Shown: piece by piece, positions 1 to 12,485 of the stretch | Layout of the letters: each line of letters starts with the position of its first letter | How positions within the stretch are numbered: the stretch's first letter is position 1 | The notes under the pieces: model-generated | What the model was told of the DNA's origin: nothing | Database searches by the model: none | The model's input: only the letters and a program-made list of their open reading frames with translations | Assembly: GCF_009914755.1 (NCBI RefSeq) | Contig: NC_060932.1 | DNA length: 64,000 nucleotides | Source of the DNA: the human T2T-CHM13v2.0 reference genome, Homo sapiens | Strand: one strand, 5' to 3' | Made by a program: the position numbers and the translations under genes

Positions 1-2250
1 AACTTTGAAATGTTCCCAATTTGGGGCTACTATGGAGAGAGTTATAATGGACCTTTACACATGAATTTTTATGTGGGCATATGTTTATTTCTTTTAAGTA
101 AATACTTAGGAGTGGGACTGCTGGTTAATATGGCAAGTGTGTGTTTAAACACTTTCAGTGTTTTCGAAGTGGCTATACCTTTTGACATTCCCATCTGCAA
201 TGGCTGAGAGTTTCTATCACTTCAGGCTTGGTATTGTGGTATCACATTTTGGTTTTAATTTTGATTTCTCTGACAACTAATAATGTTGAGCATTGCTTTT
301 AATTTTCAAAAGTTATGGTATTAAATACACAAAGTAAAATTCACTTTTTGATGCACATTTCTATGAATTTTGATAGATGCATAGGGTCATGTAACCACTG
401 CCACAATTAAAGTACAGAATGGTTCCATCTCCCCCTCATGCACACATTTCTCTCATGCTGTCCCTTCATAATCAAATCCTCTCCTACATTTACAGTTAAT
501 GTAATTATGAATACTGTTGGGCTACATAAACCATCTTTTACTTGTTTTCTATTTTTTCCTTGTGCTCTTTGTTATTTTTCCTTTTTTATCCTTTTATGGA
601 CTAATTTAGTATTATCTAATATTCAATTTTATCTCCATGATTGACCTATTAGTTTTATATCTTCACTGTATTTTTTTAGTGGCTGTTCTGGGATTTACAA
701 CATGTGTCTTTAATTTATCACAGTCTACTTTCAACTAATGTCAGAATCATTCACATATAAATTAAGAACATCCTAAGAGGAGATTTACATTTCTTTCCTC
801 CCATTCTCTTACCTGTATTTCCATGTATTTTATTTCTAAATGTTTTAAATCCCACAACACATTAATACTTTTTCAAATAGTAAACTGTCTTTAAAATTTT
901 AAATTATTGAGGTATAATTTGCAAAACATTCGATCTTCTTTTAAAGAGACAAAAATACATATAGGACAATATTTTCTATTTACCCACATACACACCATTT
1001 CCAGTGTTCTTCATTCCTTTGCACAGATCTTAATCTCCATTTGGTATCATTTTTTTTTCTTTCTGAAGAACTTTCTCGGCTGTTGTAAAACATTCCTTGG
1101 CTTTTATTTGCCTCAAATGTCTTTATTACACCCTCAGATTTATTAAGAAAAATATTATTAGAAATGAATGTGGGATTAACAGTATGTTTTTCTTTACACT
1201 TACTCAGTTTGAGTTTTCTTGCATCTGTGAATTTACAGTTTTCCTCATGTTTGAAAAGTTTTCAACAATTATTTCTTCAGGACCTTTTTCTGTCTCCCTT
1301 CCTCCCTCTCACCTCTTCTTCTGAGACTTTAATTACATGTATTTGAGGCTGCCCAATACTTGCCCAAAGGTCACTGAGACTTTTTCATTCCTTTCTAGTC
1401 TTTTTTCTTCTGTGCATAATGTTGGAAAGTTTCTATTGCTATGTTCTCAAATTCACTGATTTTTTTCTTCCACAATGTCAAATCTGTTAATCTTATCCAG
1501 TAAATATTTTACTTTATACCTTTAGTTTTTCGTCTTTAGATGTTTCATTTTCAAATATCCTTAATATGGTGATGTTTTACTGCAAATCTTGGAGCAAATT
1601 TATAGGATTTGTAGTTGCTGTTCTGAAGTTATTCCTTGACACCTCTATTGTTTCCGTCATTCCTTACTCATTTTCCTACTGCTTGTGGATTATAATTTGC
1701 TTATTATTTGCATGTGAAGTATTTTTTGATTGAGTGGGAAACATTGCATACATCCCATTATTAAATGTTTAGATTTTGTTGTTTTACTTTTAAAATGTAG
1801 TTTTCTTTTGGAGAGGCAATTAAGTTTCCTCTGCATTATATTGTTACTTTTGGAAGATTATTTTTAAACTGTGTTAGTGTAGTTTTAGAATATCCTTATG
1901 TCTACAGCTAATTTAGCCCTAGTACTAAGATATGACCCTTCTAGTAGTTCCACTGATCTTCCCAGGTTTTCAGCAAGCTCTTTTTACTCTGGCTGGACAG
2001 AATTCAAATGCCTCCCCATTCCATGTGAACTTTGGGATTGTTTTTCATATTGCCACCAGGAGTTAGTTGTTCTTTGAGTGGACTTGCAGTTTTACTCCTC
2101 ACATGCATAGATTAATACTCCACTGAAGGCTCAAGGGGACACCTTTGCACATTTCCGGACCTCTTTTTCTGTGTTGCTCCTTCTTGTCTGGTTATTTGGC
2201 CTGATTATTTCAGGCACATTCACCTCCATGAACTCCCACCTCTGTCTCCT
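1..2250 (-). mobile_element. Old L1M fragments
   Basis: T-rich + strand with antisense L1 hallmarks (aaatacttaggagtggga, taatgttgagcat, catgtaaccactgccacaat). Boundaries approximate. Confidence 0.65.
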
Positions 2251-2299
2251 CTCTTCACACCAGCGAGATGGCTGGTCTCAGTCATTCTAGCAGGAGTAG

Positions 2300-2700
2300 G
2301 AGGTGAATGTTAGGGATAATTGAAAGTTAGAATCAGCATATGTCCATGGATTAGATGTAGTGTGTGAGAGAAGAGACAAGTATGTCATCTACATTTCTGT
2401 GCTGAGAAACTGGGAGGATAGAGGTATCCTTAATTGAAATAGGAGTTTGTGGAAGAAAAAAGGTTTCTAAAGAAAGTGCATTTAGGATATGTTAATTATG
2501 AGGTATCTATGAACTAGTCTAAGGAGATATTGAGTAGGCAGTTAGATATAGATTCTCTGGAGTTCGGTAGAGAGATCTGAGCTGAGATATAATTGGGACT
2601 ATCGGTCTATACGGTAATAATAAAGTACTGTATGGTGCTCTAGGTGATTACTGGGAGGACAATGGTAGATAGAAAAAGGAGGCGGTCCAGTGGCTGAGCT
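2300..2700 (-). mobile_element. L2 fragment
   Basis: GA-rich segment with L2-like motifs (ggatatgttaa..tgaggtatct, gagtaggcagttagatata). Confidence 0.65.
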
Positions 2701-5700
2701 CAGGGCACTCTACGGGAACAGGGAATCCAGCCCTGGGGGTGCAGCTGTGGTGAAGGCCAGTGGGTCTGTGTGGGTGAGGTGGAGCCTAGGGCTGCAGCCA
2801 GGGTCCAGCTACAGCTGACAGGCCCTTCAGGATGATAGATTTGAGGCACTTTTCTCTCTTCTGTGTACTTGATAGTCTGGGCGGTGAAGACATGACTGAC
2901 AGGGTCACACCCTTGCTCCTCTGCCTGCGGAATCAAAGACTCCATCTGGGGCTTGTGTGTCATCTGAAAGCTACACGCTCAGATCTGGCAACGGAGAGGG
3001 AGCAGGGCTGAAGAAGGAAGAGTAGCGTCCGGGCGCAGTGCACAGCCCAGAGCACAGAGCTCCCGCAAGAGAGTGAGCCCCATATTGTTGGTGGAATTTT
3101 CCAGTATTCCAGTTAAGTCCCTTGTTTCATTGAGTGTTTTCTCCTGTGCCTCAGTCAGTAAGAGCACAAATTACTGGAGATCCTTCTTTACAGAGACATG
3201 TTTGGTGGCAGCTGGAGTTCTCCCCACACCTATTTTCCATATTCTCTGACTGTGCCCTCTGATTACACTTAGCAAAACTGTCCAGGCCGTCTGATTTCAA
3301 GACATAGCTGACCTGCCATTTGGGGCGTCGGCAGGGAAGCCTCATCCACTCCTGAGTGTTGGCAAAATGACCGTGCCCAGCCTCTCCCACCTTTAGCTGT
3401 GGCTCTTGACCCCCCTCCACAAGGTGTGGGCCAGTCTCGAGCCCACGCGTCCACATCATTGGTCAGCTGGTCAGTCTCCTGCGTGTGTCTCTTCTCTACT
3501 CATTAAACTGCTTCTAGTAACCCTGGTGCAATAAAGAAAGTGGAATGCGCCAGCAGTTGTCAAGCATTGGAAAGGAATCAGCCTCACTACTTTGGATTTG
3601 GTTCACCCTTAGCTTTTCTCACAGCTACACCGTCCTCAAGCATCATCAGTAGCTGCTGCCTCTTCTCTCTCCTCTCTCCTTAGTTCATTATCAGCACCAA
3701 TAAGCAAAGATGCTGGCAAAGTGCACAGTTTGCACCTCTTCTCCTTGGTGGTCTTAAGCCACAGACCCTTTTACACAACAGTCTCCATGCTGTCTGCCCT
3801 GCACAGCTCAACCTCTGCAGAGAAGTTCCCTTCACCACCTCCACCTCCTGCCTCACCGAGGGCTGCTGCAGACCACTGGGTCACCTGCCATCCAAAGGGG
3901 CTGGGTGGGATTGTACCAGCTGGACACTCCACCTACTCCCCACCACCTGCAAATACACAAGGAATGCAGGACCCACTCTGCCAAGGCTGTCACATCCCTT
4001 CTCTCTGAAGAACTGGAAGTTTATTTTCTGGTGCATGGAAGACAGAATCTCCCTGACACTATGTGGATTGTAAACACTCCCATGGTCTGAAAGGACCACA
4101 GGTTTTTCTGCAGCTCCTTTCTAGCCCTTGCCAGTCCCTGAGCCTGGGCTGATCTGGATACTTTGCCTTTCCACTTTGTCTTTCTCCCTGTGCTGTTGGG
4201 CCTTCTACCTCCTTGGAGGTGTGAATTGCATCACCCTTGCAGTTTGTGCTATCTTTCTGTGAAGTACATACATTGGATGTGGGACAGTAATGACAGCTGT
4301 CACTGTCTTGTTCCTTCTGACTCAAGTTAAGTTTCGGTCTGTCTTGCTCCACTGCAAAAAAAAGACAAAACAAAAGCAAAAGTGAACCTGAAGAGAAAGG
4401 AAAGGAGGGAAGACCTCATAGCCAGATCTGCTGGGTTTTGTGGAGTGATTTTCTTTCTCCTCCTTTAAGGGGCAAATGCTTTTTCCACTGGTACATTTGA
4501 AGTCCTCCAACTATGGAGAGGTACCAGCTCAGGACAGGTGGCATCCCAACACAGAGTGTTCAGACAGCCTGACCTTTTCAACTCTGGAGGGAAGAGATTT
4601 ACTGTTGGCCACTCCTGGGTCTTTCTGGTATTTCAAAGGAATATAAGGTTCTGTGAATAGGAAATGAAGAGGTAAATATGTTAAACCCATTAAATCCATG
4701 ATTGGTCGATATACTTCTGTCATTTTAAGAGACTAAATATGGAAGGACGGCAGATGTGAAAACCATCGTACAATTTTAAAATGTCACAATTAAAAATGAA
4801 CTGGCTCTTGCCCCCTGAAAAAGTGAATCTGTCATTAAGTAGCAATATAACCTTTGATAATTCACTTTACTTGTGTATCTCAGGTGCTTTGTGTGTAAAA
4901 TGAAGCAGGTAGACTGATAATATCTAATACCTCTTTTAGTTTGAAATCCTCTTCTTTCTTTCCCTCCTCTACAGGCAGACAGAAAACTTAAATTGTAGGG
5001 CATTCCAAGGTCTTCCAATAATATTCAACAAAGGTAACTTAAATAAGTAAAAATATTATAAAAACAGAAGTCATTGGCCATGAGATTTCAAGGTCTACTT
5101 CGTTACTTGCTAGAAGAAAATTAAAGCAAAAAATAAAGAAGGAAAGATCAAGGCTAAAAGTAGAAAAAATGTAGGTGGCAGGAAATATAATTGCATAGAA
5201 GTTTGAGAAATAGGCAGACTAAGTAATGAATTTAATATCAAAATGTCGAAGAGTCTAAAAGGGATAATTGAAGGTCAAGAGTGAGCCAGAAAACCTTTGA
5301 CTGAAAAAGCCAAAAATATACAGGATAGAAAGTAATACAGAAGATATAAATCTATTAAAATATTTATGTAAACAAATGAAAGCTATAAAACTTGTGGCAA
5401 CAGAAGTAAAAAGTAGGGGAAATAATTAGCATTTATAGAATACTATTACATGTCAGGCATTGGGTTAGCTGGTTTACCTAATCAAAGCAATTTATGAGTT
5501 CACTGGCAAATTAAAAACAAGAAACTAGGGCCACCATGAATAATTATTGTTTATGATGCATAAGCTTTGAGGATGCAAAGAAGTCTTGATCGGCGTTTGT
5601 GAAGTCAGTAGGACTTGAGCATGGGCCTGTTATCTGTATTTTCAATGTTTCTCATGCATGGTCAGGCTTGAAAATCACTGGTCTAGTGTGCATCCTTTGA

Positions 5701-6114
5701 GGCGGGATGTTTGCATTCAACTGGTGAAAGCAATGCACTGCTATAACTGCAGAAGACAGCAGAGGGCTATGGAGATGAGGGGAGACTCCCATGTAACTGA
5801 GCCAGAAAGCTGGGTGGGTGGGGCTTAGACAAATAGAAAGGAGAGGGGAAGGAAAGCAGTTTTGAGGTTGGGGCAGGCCTGGCTTCTCAGGGAGTCAAAG
5901 TTAGTTGGTTTGGCTGAAAAAGAGGGCATAGATAACATGGATTTTAATTAGAGTAAGACTAGAAAGGAAGTTGATGTCATAATTGACCAGTCTTAGCCAC
6001 TGGTCAGGGTGGTATCTGAATTGGCAAAGCCCAGATGGAGAGTGAAAGCATTCGCAAGAAAATTGTTGTAAGCACAAATTGAAATATACGAAAAGCTCCA
6101 TCCAGGTTTATATC

Positions 6115-6471
6115 TGATATGGGTTGGCTGTGTCCCCACCCAAATCTCACCTTAAATTGTAATTATCCCCATGTGTCAAGGGTGGGGTCAAGTGGAGATA
6201 ATTGAATCATGGGGGGCAGTTTTCCCCATACTGTTCTCGTGGTAATGAATAAGTCTCATGAGATCTGATGGTTTTATAAATGGGAGTTCCCCTGCACAAA
6301 CTCTCATGCCTGCCACCATGTAAGATGTGCCTTTACTTCTCCTTTGCCTTCTGCCATGATTGTGAGGCCTCCCCAGCCATGTGGAACTGTGAGTCCATTA
6401 AACCTCTTTCCTTTATAAATTACCCAGTCTTGAGTGTGTCTTTATTAGCAGCATGAGAATAGACTAATACA
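6115..6471 (+). mobile_element. THE1 (MaLR) solo LTR
   Basis: TGATATGGGTTGGCTGTGTCCCCACCCAAATCTCA...GACTAATACA. 5-bp TSD atatc/atatt. Confidence 0.92.
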
Positions 6472-6856
6472 ATATTTAAGACTCCATAAAGAATAAGAGC
6501 AGGTATGTCAGGCAGGGAACAGTATTGAGTTCTAACAGCAGCTGGGCACTACCTGGAAATACTTAGGTATGCATGTGTTCAGGGGGCAGGAAATGGAAAT
6601 AACCAGAACCAAGCAGGTCAACAGGGTTCCAGGTAAGGGGGTCCCAGATAAGGGTCTTTGGGTTCCAAATTCTGTGGCTCTCACACAGCTCCCAGGAACT
6701 AGAGTATGCATGGGGTAGCAAGTCAGAGGGCCTCACCAACTAAATGGAAAGGCACAGTGAGGTCCCAGGGGAAAGCTGAAGTCCAGAAGGTCAACGGGGT
6801 TCACACAGAGAAGCCCACCCCAGGACCCCAGGTTCTGGGCCACTCTGGCATGGAAG

Positions 6857-7345
6857 TGATTCAGGACAGGCAAGCCCCCAAATTGGGGCTTTCCCAGGAA
6901 CGATTCTTGCATCACCCAGGAAAGAATTCGAGGGCCAGCCAGTGGTGTTAAATAGCAACACTTATTGATGCGCCAGTGTACAACAGCAGCAGACATACTG
7001 CTCCTTGCCCAGCAGGGCTACTTCATAGGTAGTGTGCCCAGAGTAGCAGCTCAGAGGAGCTTTTGCAGTCATATTTATACCAACTTTAATTCTATGAAAA
7101 TTAAGGAGTAGTTTATGCAGAAATTTCCAGGAGTAGTTTAAGCAGAGATTTCTAGGATAAAGGCAGTAACTTCCGGGTTGTTAGGTTGTTGCCATGGAAA
7201 GGAGCGGTAATTTCTGGGTGTTGCCATGGTGATGGTAAACTGACATAGCACACTGGTGGACAATCTTGGGGAGGTGCTTCCTCCCCAGAACTGTTTTAGC
7301 TAGTCCTCAGTTTGGTCCAGTGTCTCAGTCCCACATCCTACCTCA
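6857..7345 (-). mobile_element. ERV1-class solo LTR (MER66-like)
   Basis: Minus strand begins TGAGGTAGGA and ends CCTGAATCA, with minus-strand TATAAA-like and poly(A)-like motifs. Family assigned by eye. Confidence 0.6.
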
Positions 7346-7377
7346 CCAACAGAGCAGAGAGGAGCCCAGGACGTAGT

Positions 7378-7384
<7 letters not shown>

Positions 7385-7420
<36 letters not shown>
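7385..7420. repeat. (TG)18 microsatellite
   Basis: Direct reading. Confidence 0.97.
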
Positions 7421-7421
<1 letters not shown>

Positions 7422-7630
7422 ATGTGAGAAAAAGAGGAGGAAGCCGGAGGAGTGCGCGGACATGGGAGGGAAGACATCAGGGGAGAGCAAAAGAAAGGGG
7501 ACCCCAGAGGTGGGAGATGGGGCACCCTGGTCTGCACTGGAAACTGAGGGAGGTCCGCTGTCCCGGGAAGGATCCCCAAGGAGATGCGCAACCCCCAGGT
7601 TCTGGTCACAGGTATCAACAATGTGTGCAC

Positions 7631-7713
7631 ACCTGAGAGATTCCATGTGAACTCACTTTTCACAAACAAGCGCTGAGATTGTGAAAAGTGGGTTCATAGG
7701 GAATCTCTTAGGT
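7631..7713 (+). repeat. 35-bp inverted repeat (hairpin) with 13-nt loop
   Basis: Arm 7631-7665 pairs with arm 7679-7713: 31 Watson-Crick pairs, 3 G-U pairs and 1 A-G mismatch. Confidence 0.95.
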
Positions 7714-8334
7714 CCTTCCCTACTGCAAAATGCTGTGCACAACCAGCGCATTGGGGCAGGCTGTGTGGAATTACAGGGAGAGTGCTTTAAAAAGGAGGCG
7801 GCCAGTGAACACAGTTCTTCAGAATTTTTAAGGTAAAAGGAACTTATGTAATACCTTCAAGGACTAGCAGGGCAAAGAAAGGTGATTCAGTAACCACAGG
7901 TATAGTGTGCTGGACTATGTTCCAGTGGGAGAATAGATCACCCTAAATTCATGGGCACAATGGAATAAAATCGACCAAAGAATCCTATAAGGGATATCTG
8001 TTTTCCTCAGTGATTCTCTGTGAAACCTTCTGGTTCTTATGAAATGAATCCACCAAATCCTCCAAACTATGAGAGCTAGTACCATGGAGTGCCAGGGAAA
8101 CCAAGGAAGTGCTTTTGGGAGAATAGGAATATACATTTAAATGTCTTGGCATTTTGGCTAATTACTTGTGATTTCCTAGGGAATAGTCACAAGATGATAC
8201 TCTCATATCCGCATATTCTATCAACCTTGTGCCTTGCAAAATATTATGCTCTTCACCACTGAAGAGTCCAGGAAGCAGTTGTTTCTATACATAAAATGTG
8301 CTTAAGACTTCACATCCCTGGAGTTTAAGATGAA

Positions 8335-8620
8335 AGGAGAAGAGATACATCACAAGGCACAAAGTTGCAGTTATATAGGATGAATAAATCTGGAGATCTA
8401 ATGTTCACCTCCTGGTTAATATTTTTGTACACTGGTAACTTGCCAAGAGAGTAGCTATTAGGTACTCTTACCGCAAAGAAAGAGAAAGGTATCTACAGTA
8501 TATGAGATGATGAGTGTGTTAATTTGCTTAACTGTAGAAATCGCTTCGCCATGTGTCTATCAAGATAAGTATATCAAAACATTATGTTGTACATCTTAAA
8601 CATATACAATAAAAAGAGGA
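8335..8620 (+). mobile_element. L1MA/L1MB 3' end fragment
   Basis: aaagttgcagttatataggatgaataaatctggagatcta...catatacaataaaaa. Confidence 0.75.
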
Positions 8621-9186
8621 AACACAGTTTAACTGAAGAGCAGAAGCCCGAACTATTGTGGTGTGTTTGCATTGACAAAACCAACAATTTCTTTATTACA
8701 GTGATCTACTTTGCTATGAAATTGCTCTGGGCAAAACTAAAGTTCATTAAAAGAAAATAGTTTGGAAAAATTTCTCATCAGATAATCATTCAGATCATTT
8801 AGTGGGCTTGGGCTTTTAACAAGGAACAGAAGATTTCTCCCAAGAAAGATTTTCTCAGAAAAATAGGATTGCTTTTTCATGGATGATGATGTTATTAAGA
8901 AAATGTTTAGTTTTCAAGAATGAAAACCTTGGAGTTAACAACAACCCTTTGAAATCTAGCTCAGAAAATCTGTCTGGATTTTGATTCAACATTTGCCAAA
9001 AATATCTGACATACAGATCTAACCAGACATTGCCAGACATAGCTCAATATTCTGTGATTAGAGTTGCTGAACTCACTTCTGCCTTTAGGTCACACCAACT
9101 TGAAGCGTAGTTACCTTCCAGAAGGCAATAATGGGCTCTAGACAGGCTTCTTAATTCACTATAAAACAAAGACAACAAAAAGTCTT

Positions 9187-9700
9187 AATTCGGTCAAACT
9201 CATTCTCCATCCAGTTTTGTTCCCTTGCTGGCAAGGAGTTGTGAACCTTTGGAGAAGAGGCGTTCTGGTTTTTGGAATTTTCCACCGTTTTGCGCTGGTT
9301 TTTCCTCGTCTTCGTGAATTTATCTACCTTTGGTCTCTGATGCTGGTGACCTTTCGATGGGGTTCTTGTGTGGACATCCTTTTTGTTGATGTTGATGCAA
9401 TCCCTTTCTGTTTGTTAGTTTTCCTTCTAACAATTAGGCCCCTCTGCTGCAGGTCTGCTGGAGTTTGCTGGAGGGCCACTCCAGACCCTGTTTGCATAGG
9501 TATCACCAGCAGAGGCTGCAGAACAGCAAAGATTGCTGTCTGTTCCTTCTTTGGGAAGCTTCATCCCAGCGGGGCACCTGCCAGATGCCAGCCAGACCTC
9601 TCCTGTATGAGGTGTCTGTCAACCCCTGCTGGGAGGTGACTCCCAGTCAGGAGGCACAGGGGTCAGGGACCCACTTGAGGAGGCAGTCTGTCTGTTAGCA
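9187..9700 (-). mobile_element. L1PA 5'UTR/ORF1 start, inverted segment
   Basis: Antisense L1PA sequence (ttttgttgatgttgatgc...ctctgctgcaggtctgctggagtttgctggagg). The ORFs at 9217 and 9324 are L1-derived. Confidence 0.9.
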
Positions 9701-10288
9701 GAAGTAGGCTTCAGAAAGTGGGTAACAACAAACTCCTCCAAGCTAAAGGAGCATGCTCTAACCCAATACAAGGAGCTAAGAACCTTGAAAAAAGGTTAGA
9801 GGAATTGCTAACTAGAATAACCAGTTTAAAGAAGAACATAAATAACCTGATGGAACTGAAAAACACAGCACAAGAACTTCGTGACACATACATGAGTATC
9901 AAGAGCCAAATTGATCAAATAGAAGAAAGGATATCAGAGATTGAAGATCAACTTAATGAAATAAAGTGTGAAGACAAGATTAGAGAAAAAGGAATAAAAA
10001 GGAACAAACAAAGCCTCCAGGAAATATGGGACTACATGAAAAGACGAAACCTACATTTGATTGGTGTACCTGAAAGTGACAGGGAGAATGGAACCAAGCT
10101 GGAAATCACTCTTCAGGATATTATCCAAGAGAACTTCCACAACCTACCAAGACAGGACAACATTCAAATTCAGGAAATACAGAGAACACCACAAAGATAC
10201 TCCTCGAGAAGAGCAACCCCAAGACACATAATTGTCAGATTCACTAAGGTTGAAATGGAAGAAATGTTAAGGGCAGCCAGAGAGAAAA
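9699..10288 (+). mobile_element. L1PA ORF1p fragment
   Basis: ORF 9718-10344 reads as L1 ORF1p (EERISEIED, LQEIWDY, IQIQEIQRTPQRYSSRRATPRHIIVRFTK). Homology stops at RAAREK. Confidence 0.93.
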
Positions 10289-10789
10289 TAATGATGAATG
10301 TGACCTTAGTTGGTAAGTGTTGCTTGTTAACCCTGAAAATATAATGTGAAGTACATGTGTAACACAAGACTCTTAACTGAAATTACTTGAGGTTTAGATT
10401 TCTATACCTAATCTTGGATGTATTCCTTAGGGTAAAATAAGCATATTTAATATTCAAACTACAGTGTTAAATATTTCAGTTGAAGTACTTTTCTCCCAAT
10501 TCTGTTAATTCAGCACAATGCTCATCTCTGAGGATATGCAGGCAAGTAAAATTTCCTCTTGTTAATAAGTTCATTAAGACCCGGAGCCATGGTTATTAAC
10601 ACCAACTATACTGCAGAGTTTTCTGTGGCACTTTTGAAATACAAGGACTTCCCACTTTAACCCTTAGTGTTGGTTTTGGACAGCGCTTGGTATCTATTAC
10701 TTATATGCCCTGCAGAGGATTCTGATACCCAGCTAGTGAAAAGAATCACTAGCCTTATAAACATACTTTGCTTATCACCTCTTCCTTTA

Positions 10790-12050
10790 TTTTTCTAAAG
10801 GCCATTTATATGCAATTTCTCATAAAACTAACTATGCATCTTTCCTGTAACCCAGCAGTTTTACTCCTAGGTAGTCACTCAAAACAAGTAAAGACATATG
10901 CCCACAAAAGGACTTGTGCAAGAGTGTTTATGACACTTTATTCATAATAGCTCTTGTGTCCAACAATAGGAAAGTGGTGGTGTGGACCCTCTGATACACT
11001 CATATAATGGAATGCCACTCATTAATTAAAAGGACTGAATTATTGATGCATGCAACAAGATTAAATCCCCAAAACACCATGCTTAATAAAAGAAATCTCA
11101 CACAAAATAAAGGTACTTTAGTATTTAATACTGTATTATAGTATTTATATTACATTCTAGAGCAGACACAACTAATTTATGGTGGAGATAATCAGAACAA
11201 TCATTGTGTTCAGTGAGGACAAAGTTGGGGGGAAGGCCAGTGAGTGTTGGTTGTTGGGGAGGCAAGAGGGAAATTTCTAATGTAATAGTCATAATCTATT
11301 TATTAATAGGTGTTTGATCATTCTATTAGTCTGTTTTCACACTGCTGATAAAGACATACCTGACACTGGGTAGGTAATTTATAAAGAAAAAGACATCTAA
11401 TGGACTCACAGTTCCACGTGGCTAGGGAGGCCTCACAATCATGACAGAAGGTGAAAGGCATGTCTTACATGGCAGCAGCAAGAGAGCATGAGAACCAAGC
11501 ACAAGGGGGTTCCCCTTATAAAACCATCAGATCTCATGAGACTTATTCACTACCATGAGAACAGTATGGGGGAAACTGCCTCCATGATTCAATTATCTCC
11601 CACCAGGTCCCTCCGGCCACATATTCAAGATGTGGCCACAATTCAAGATGAGATTTGGGTGGGGACACAGCCAAACCATATCAGTCATACTGGTGCATAC
11701 ATTTATCAAAACTCATTAAATACTACACTTAAGATTTGTGTATTGGATTTTTTGTAATATTACCTCAAAAGAAACAAGTTTAAACAAATCTTGAACACCT
11801 GATGACACATACATTGAAGTATTTAGTGGGAAAATGTAACAAAGCAACAAGCAACTTACTTTGAATAAATGAGGTGTACTGATGGATAGAGAGCAAGATG
11901 GATGGATAGGTAGATAGGAATGTGATAAAGCAAACAGAATAAAGTGTAAATGTAGGATCTAGGTGGTAGATGGTGCAGAGTTTACTATAAAATTTTTTTC
12001 AACAGTTTTGTATATTTGAAAGTTTACATGACAGAATGTTAGGAAAAACA
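10790..12050 (+). mobile_element. Old L1M (ME-like) 3' region, interrupted by THE1
   Basis: cccagcagttttactcctagg...cacaaaaggacttgtgcaagagtgtttat...aaaggactgaattattgatgcatgcaacaa. Confidence 0.7.
11322..11683 (-). mobile_element. THE1 (MaLR) solo LTR
   Basis: tattagtctgttttcacactgctgataaagacatacc...ggggacacagccaaaccatatca. TSD atcat/gtcat. Confidence 0.92.
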
Positions 12051-12119
12051 TTAGAAGTGTGCATGTAATGTTCAAAGTGAATACTTTATCCATAATAACT
12101 CACTGATTTTGCATAAATC

Positions 12120-12485
12120 TTGTGATGGTGAGAGACTAGCTGTCCACCAAACCGACTCCTCTTCTTCCTGATTACACAGCTATTTCCTAAATAGTCATAT
12201 GCTTAAATGTGGTCAGGCGACTGAGTCTGACCAATGGAATGGGAGTGGAAGGGATGTGCACCATTATCAGGCCTGGCCCATAAAAACCTTTCTCATCTGA
12301 AATTGGATGGAAACATGACCTTGGATACCTTTTGTTGAAGATAGTGGAGCCATACACAGTGAGTCTCTTAATCACTGAAGGGATGATGCTTGACAATCAG
12401 AAGTATCAGTTTTGGACTACTTGTGAAGTAGAAATACACTTCTAGTTAAATCACAGAAGTGTGTGTTTTATTTATTATAGTAGCC
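12120..12485 (+). mobile_element. Old MLT1 LTR
   Basis: gactgagtctgaccaatggaatgggagtggaagggatgtgcacca, with an MLT1-type 3' end. Confidence 0.55.

Noticed and set aside
2700-2963. 87-aa minus-strand ORF preceded by an acceptor-like ctttcag
   Set aside because: No recognisable domain and no supporting gene structure; at most a lncRNA exon.
7312-7669. ORFs with CVCVCV/HTHTHT runs
   Set aside because: Translations of the (TG)n microsatellite.
9718-10344. 208-aa ORF as a host gene
   Set aside because: Truncated L1 ORF1p with no ATG at its start (GTG), running into flanking DNA.
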